Shown piece by piece: positions 57,988 through 64,000 of a stretch of DNA of 64,000 bases. The translations under genes and the position numbers were made by a program. The stretch spans positions 96,038,001 through 96,102,000 of the forward strand of contig OZ024740.1 in NCBI GenBank assembly GCA_964016885.1. The letters run 5' to 3'. The notes below the pieces were generated by a model. That model was given only the letters and a program-made list of their open reading frames with translations. It did not search any database and was not told where the DNA came from. Position 1 is the first letter of the stretch; each line of letters starts with the position of its first letter. The stretch comes from Eledone cirrhosa. Lineage: Eukaryota.

Positions 57988-58223
57988 TGCTACTGTACGT
58001 CTGAATACATATATGTATGTACGTATACACACATGCTTACATTTAAGTAAGTGCCGTACTAAGAGTGAGAAATGAAATTTCGTTTTCATTTTATTTCAAC
58101 TTATCCTTTTCGGTATGCCTGACCGACTTAGCTCACTCGATATGCAAATTAGGCTGCTCAGCCGTTAATTTTCATAAGGAAGGTATGTGCTTTCGAACGT
58201 TCAACTATCTGCCAGATGGGTAT

Positions 58224-58266
58224 ACGGTACTGATGATAGCTAACAAGCTTGAAACTAGTACATCGT
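58224..58266 (+). ncRNA. Minimal type I hammerhead ribozyme (family B; A.C mismatch at base of stem I)
   Basis: ACGGUA-CUGAUGA-uAGC uaacaa GCUu-GAAA-CUAG-UA-CAUCGU. Confidence 0.72.
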
Positions 58267-58668
58267 TCCTGTGTCAGTGTTGAACAAAAAGGTGACGTGG
58301 TTGCCTTAACACCGTACGGCATAATAATTCAGGCTGTTCAGTTTACAAACGAACAAAGCTGCGTTATAATAAGCGTCCGCTGAACTGATACGTGCATATA
58401 TGTATGTGTACCTGTATGTATATATGTGTATATATATATATATATATAATTAAGTTAAACATGTACATCCATATATTTATACTGAAATACTAGTATGCAT
58501 ATGAATACACACACGTATACATATGTAGATGTACCAAGTCTTTCACTGGTTACTTTACTGTGAGTATCCAGCTATTCTGTATGTAAACACACAGACAAAC
58601 CGGTTTTTAGAGTCATACTGGTTTTTGAGGAAACACCTTTCCTCTATTCTCCAGAAAGCCAGACAAGG

Positions 58669-58713
58669 AATATTGAACTAGTTTCGTTGTTGTTACAACT
58701 CATCAGCAATATT
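58669..58713 (-). ncRNA. Minimal type I hammerhead ribozyme (family C, left arm)
   Basis: Reverse complement of 59463-59507. Confidence 0.85.
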
Positions 58714-59462
58714 TACCTATCTACCGGCCTTTCTGGAGAATCGTGAAAGCACATATCGTTATATGCTTTTTCTATGAAAATTAGTAGTGGGCAGACTAAT
58801 TTGCATAGAGTGTGAGTACGTACCGGTTCAACGGAGACGATAAAAACAAATACCGAAACGAAATTAAGTTTCGTTTCGTTTGTAACTCACTTTTGTATGA
58901 CTGACGCTTAAACAATTAAGTTAAAAATGTACATCCATATATGTATACTGAAATACTAGTATGCATATGAATACACACACGTATACATATGTAGATGTAC
59001 CAAGTCTTTCACTGGTTACTTTACTGTGAGTATCCAGCTATTCTGTATGTAAACACACAAATAAACCGGTTTTTAGAGTCATACAAAAACCAGTATGACT
59101 CTAAAAACCGGTTTGTCTGTGTGTTTACATACAGAATAGCTGAATACTCACAGTAAAGTAACCAGTGAAAGACTTGGTACATCTACATATGTATACGTGT
59201 GTGTATTCATATGCATACTAGTATTTCAGTATACATATATGGATGTACATTTTTAACTTAATTGTTTAGCGTCAGTCATACAAAAGTGAGTTACAAACGA
59301 AACGAAATTTAATTTCGTTTCGTTATTTGTTTTTATCGTCTCCGTTGAACCGGTACGTACTCACACTCTATGCAAATTAGTCTGCCCACTACTAATTTTC
59401 ATAGAAAAAGCATATAACGATATGTGCTTTTACGATTCTCCAGAAAGGCCGGTAGATAGGTA

Positions 59463-59507
59463 AATATTGCTGATGAGTTGTAACAACAACGAAACTAGTT
59501 CAATATT
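59463..59507 (+). ncRNA. Minimal type I hammerhead ribozyme (family C, right arm)
   Basis: AAUAUUG-CUGAUGA-GUUG uaacaa CAAC-GAAA-CUAG-UU-CAAUAUU, with perfect stems I and II and a GUU site. Confidence 0.87.
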
Positions 59508-59798
59508 CCTTGTCTGGCTTTCTGGAGAATAGAGGAAAGGTGTTTCCTCAAAAACCAGTATGACTCTAAAAACCGGTTTGTCTGTGTGTTTACATACAGA
59601 ATAGCTGGATACTCACAGTAAAGTAACCAGTGAAAGACTTGGTACATCTACATATGTATACGTGTGTGTATTCATATGCATACTAGTATTTCAGTATACA
59701 TATATGGATGTACATTTTTAACTTAATTGTTTAAGCGTCAGTCATACAAAAGTGAGTTACAAACGAAACGAAATTTAATTTCGTTTCGTTATTTGTTT

Positions 59799-59833
<35 letters not shown>

Positions 59834-60069
59834 TGCTACTGTACGTCTGTATACATATATGTATGTACGTATACACACATGCTTACATTTAAGTAAGTGC
59901 CGTACTAAGAGTGAGAAACGAAATTTCGTTTTCATTTTATTTCAACTTATCGTTTTCGGTATGCCTGACCGACTTAGCTCACTCGACATGCAAATTAGGC
60001 TGCTCAGCCGTTAATTTTCATAAGGAAGGTATGTGCTTTCGAACGTTCAACTATCTGGCAGATGGGTAT

Positions 60070-60112
60070 ACGGTGCTGATGATAGCTAACAAGCTTGAAA
60101 CTAGTACATCGT
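60070..60112 (+). ncRNA. Minimal type I hammerhead ribozyme (family B)
   Basis: ACGGUG-CUGAUGA-uAGC uaacaa GCUu-GAAA-CUAG-UA-CAUCGU. Confidence 0.85.
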
Positions 60113-60428
60113 TCCTGTGTCAGTGTTGAACAAAAAGGTGACGTGGTTGCCTTAACACCGTACGGCATAAAAATTCAGGCTTTTCAGTTTGTTTACAAAC
60201 GAACAAAGCGGCGTCATAATAAGCGTCCGCTGAACTGATACGTGCATATATGTATGTGTACCTGTATGTATATATGTGTATATATATATATATCTATATA
60301 TCTATATATATATGCATGCTACTGTACGTCTGTATACATATATGTATGTACGTATACACACATGCTTACATTTAAGTAAGTGCCGTACTAAGAGTGAGAA
60401 ATGAAATTTCGTTTTCATTTTATTTCAA

Positions 60429-60501
<73 letters not shown>

Positions 60502-60550
60502 CAGATTTATAAGAACCGTAAAGCAAATATTTATTAAAAGAACATATTAA

Positions 60551-60601
60551 AGTTTAAGCAAAGAATCGCTGCTTTCACCATTAACGGGATCTTCGGAAAC
60601 T
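60551..60601 (-). ncRNA. Hammerhead-like motif (CCGAAGA core) in a solo pLTR-like fragment
   Basis: Minus strand reads AGUUU-CCGAAGA-uc CCG uuaa UGG u-GAAA-GCA gcgauucuu UGC-UU-AAACU, followed by AATAAA. Confidence 0.55.
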
Positions 60602-61164
60602 AACAAAGTCAATCTGTAAACGCAGAACTGGATATTTCAAAAAACGTTGCAACCGGAGGAAGACAGTAAGACGATACTTTGGTTCGTGGAAACGTCCGCT
60701 AGCGAAGAACTGGAAAAAACGAATATACGTCATTAATAGGAGCGGTGAAAAACATTTACGCGCAAAGACAGAACCACGTTTATAGTATAAAAGAGGTCGT
60801 AGTCTAATGTTCTCTTAGGTGGTGCATAGAGACGTTCTCTGGAAATGAACGAAAAAACGAAGATAATACGTCATATGTGCAGCGTGGACAACAATAGCAC
60901 GCAAAGACAAAACCACGTAAATGGTATAGCAGAAGTCGTAGACGAAAATTCTAACTAGGAGTCCAAATGAATCTCCGCTACAAAGTTAAGAACAAAGTAA
61001 ATAAATACAATACAGAAGTAATAAATAAATACATACACGCAAACAAAAACGTACATTCACAAGCATACGCAAAACCTTATCATAGGTATACAAAACCACG
61101 CACATATACATATGTGTGTGTGTGTATGCGTGTATACAAATAAATAAATAATTATATAAACGTA

Positions 61165-61852
61165 TATAAATAAGTAAATACGTTCGCGCGAAAAGGGCTT
61201 CTCAAGGGCATACACATCTTCAGAGTGTTCAATACAGAACACAGAAAGGGTTTTAAGATGATAAGCACATCGAAGTTCATGTTTGATTCAAACAGACATG
61301 GCTGTTTGCATCACAGAGCAAGGGGAATAACTCTGACCGGTTTTTGAATAAGTGTCCCTCAATGGTTATTATCCGTTCACATAATGATTGTTTTCCACTA
61401 CTATTTTATGGGTGCCACTTTACTACTGCTTAGTCAAACCGGATCTAAGAGGGAGAGTTTGTGTACATATGTTTAGTTATGCACTCTGCCCTCCGGAATT
61501 TTATGGTTTGGTGCAGGGGGCGCGGTTTATGGTGTTCATGTATCAACCGGGGCCCAACGATAGAATGGCTGCTGTATTCTGTGTCTGCAGTTTATCACAG
61601 ATTCTGCTCTACTGTTGGTGAGCTCTAGGCGTGCTCTTATGATATTGTAAAGCTCCATGAGATAGAGCTGGCATTTCCTCTTGAAGTTGTAAGGTGTTGT
61701 CCTGCTGAAAATGTTCAAGTATGTGAAGAAGCTGATGTTGGAGTCGTTCAATGTTGTGATGTAGTTGGCGTATGATGTGGAGTACATTAGCTTCCTGTTT
61801 CTAAAACATTGGAGATGTGTTAGAAATCTAGTTTTGAACGAGTCCGATGCGC
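61165..61852 (-). mobile_element. Inverted copy of a PLE 3' end (EN C-terminus, 3' UTR, decayed HHR) joined to the 5' end of the next PLE
   Basis: ORF 61536-61868(-) FKTRFLTHLQCF..PYNFKRKC..LMELYNII..NSRAE matches 5021-5404. ATGCCCTTGAGAAGCCC matches 5687-5703. Confidence 0.88.
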
Positions 61853-64000
61853 TCCTCATTAAGAGCAAGAATGACCCTCACCACTTCGTTAGCTCTGATA
61901 AAACCAAGAAGCTGTATAAGATGGACCTGAGCATGTACACACAATTCATTTATAACGAATTACACAATAATTATAAAAAAAACACCCATTAGTACCTTAA
62001 ATTACATTAATAGAGTAGGTAAGGATATAGTGACTAGCTTAGACATAGATAAGTACACTAACCCATATGCCCCTATGACACCGATATTCTCTCTCAAGGA
62101 TCACAAATGTAACTTTAATGAAAGCTCCTCTATTAGATTAATATGTCCCTCTACATCAGATATAGGTAAGATTAGTAAAAGCTCATCGATAGAGTAATAC
62201 ATGTACTTAATAGCAAAGCTAAGGTCTGTCTTTGGAACAAGACCGACCAGGTCATTAATTGTTCACTGAGTTGCCTGATAAGACAGCTCTATAGTTCATC
62301 CAGTTTGACATAGACAGCTATTAGGCCTCTATCTCCCTCATACTCTTAAACAAGGCCCTTATATTAGCTAGATCTAACACGAGCCTCACTAAAAGTTATA
62401 TATATATTACTAGCAGCGCGCAGAACTATTATCCAGTTCGAGCGTTCCCATTGGACCAGAACCAACCATGCTGATAATTTGGATATCACGATGGGGTCTA
62501 GTGACTCGGCGCAAGCGACTGACCTTTTTCGAATATAACTCCTCCATAGACTTAAGGACGAGATCCTGGTCCTACAAGGGGGTGTATATAGGGACGACGC
62601 CCTATTTACCGTTAGGAACCATAGCCCTCGCAGGGTAGATAACCTTACCAAGCGCATAGACGTATTCTTCAAATCATACTGCCTATCATTAACAATAGAC
62701 CCCACCCACCAGATATTCAACTTCCTAGACCCTGGAGTTGGGTACGGGCTTGTACAAGTCATATCATAAGCCCGGCGAGATTCCATCATATAGGATGTAG
62801 AGGCTATCCGCCAACGAGGACATTTTCAACCAAGCTGCTGACTACTATAATAAAGCCTTGGTGGTTGCCGGATATAACCGAAGAATCTCCTACCTCCTTA
62901 ACGCAGCTCTAGAAACCACCCCATCATAGGACAAATGTTATAGTAAGCCATACCTTTAACCAAATACGCAACGGTCATGATAGTGTCAATAATTATAGTA
63001 TAGAGAATTGCACTAAGAAACACGGCCGTATTTGGCGTAGAAGGCCTACCGCAAAATAAGAGTCATTATATGGGCAACCGTAACCGCTGTCACCTACTAG
63101 AATTATTTCCTGCCTATAGGATTAACAATAGCGATGGCCTATTACCTACACCCTCCAACCGGCGTTTAGCTACACGTAAACGTAACGCAAGGAAGACTAG
63201 TGAAACCGAGCATAAAGTGAAGGGGATGTGCTGTAGGCTGCAGCATAGTAGCAACAATAAGAACGGTTACCTAGCCAACACGACCCATAATAAGCCCACG
63301 TCAACGCGTAATCGCCAACGTAATGTCATATAATTCCATTCTCCCTACTCTTGGAGTGTGGCCTCTGACTTAACTAGAATATTCTTCGAAGCCTTAGAGA
63401 AGAACTTCCCACCCAAACATAACTACAGGAAAATCCTCAATAACAATATTAAAATATCTTTCTCCACTTCATCTGATCTAGCAGGCATCATAGGGATAAC
63501 TAATTACAGTAAATTCATCCAATACACGGCACCATAGCAGCGATAGGTCTAGACTTGACAGCAACTCTAATAGCCTCAGCGTTTCCCTAGCAGCAATCGA
63601 CATTGTTGGTGGCGTCTCTAACAGACGCAAACGCCATAACGGCGGTGATACTGGGGAGCATGCTGGTGACCTGTACGTGTCGCGAGACGGCAACAGAAGG
63701 CGCTATGGCGCGCAGAGTAATAATTGTACTAACCCGCGCGACATGGGATATAATATTACTAACTACGGAGATAGAGGCGGTGGTGTGGATAATAACGTAG
63801 GTAGTGATAGTAATAGTCTTACTTAGGTCACTAGGAGCCATCGCAGCGACAGCGACCACGGCGACACTGCAACTATTGAGACTAGGGAAGCTGTCCGCTC
63901 AGGGGAAATTGCCTGAAAGACAATGTTGTTTATAGGTGCACTGTAACTAGCCATAATAGCGTCAAGCATTATACGGGAGACACATCTCGATCGTTCAAGA
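61852..64000 (+). mobile_element. Degenerate PLE (RT to start of EN), same family as 3236-5760, running off the right edge
   Basis: SDKTKKLY, IRLICPSTSDIGKISK, FIQFDIDSY, ITMGSSDSAQATDL, GGVYRDD and CTVTSHNSVKHY. Confidence 0.88.

Larger units (their letters stand above)
58448..59800. mobile_element. ~1.35 kb fold-back made of partial tandems of a ~466 bp HHR-bearing unit (family C)
   Basis: Left arm 58448-59083 (unit restarts at 58914) and right arm 59084-59800 (unit restarts at 59549) are reverse complements. The element sits in the (TA)n of a family B unit. Confidence 0.92.
57446..60432 (+). repeat. Diverged tandem array (family B, ~480-560 bp depending on TA tract) with one HHR per unit, interrupted by 58448-59800
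   Basis: Shared GCTCACTCGA.ATGCAAATTAGGCTGCTCAGCCGTTAAT and GTCAGTGTTGAACAAA. HHRs at 57689, 58224 and 60070. Confidence 0.9.

Overview
AT-rich eukaryotic DNA with dense (TA)n/(TG)n microsatellites and no recognisable host gene. A tRNA-derived SINE and the repeat style suggest an octopus or other cephalopod (inference). The window is mostly retroelements. There are six large Penelope-like elements (PLEs; RT plus C-terminal GIY-YIG) plus smaller PLE fragments, and a nearly intact RTE LINE ending in three C2H2 fingers. There are also CR1-, Tx1- and R4/Dong-like fragments and four copies of a ~600 bp non-autonomous element joining RTE 5' and 3' ends. The main hidden signal is RNA-level. I could hand-fold more than 20 type I hammerhead ribozyme (HHR) or HHR-like motifs. 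At 55.7-60.4 kb they occur one per monomer in three related non-coding tandem repeat families of ~420-560 bp, which is a retrozyme-like, possibly circRNA-producing arrangement. Many of the coding PLEs and non-coding HHR elements share one architecture: inverted (fold-back) ends, HHRs reading outward where present, and insertion in (TA)n. All folds and alignments were done by eye, and boundaries are approximate.
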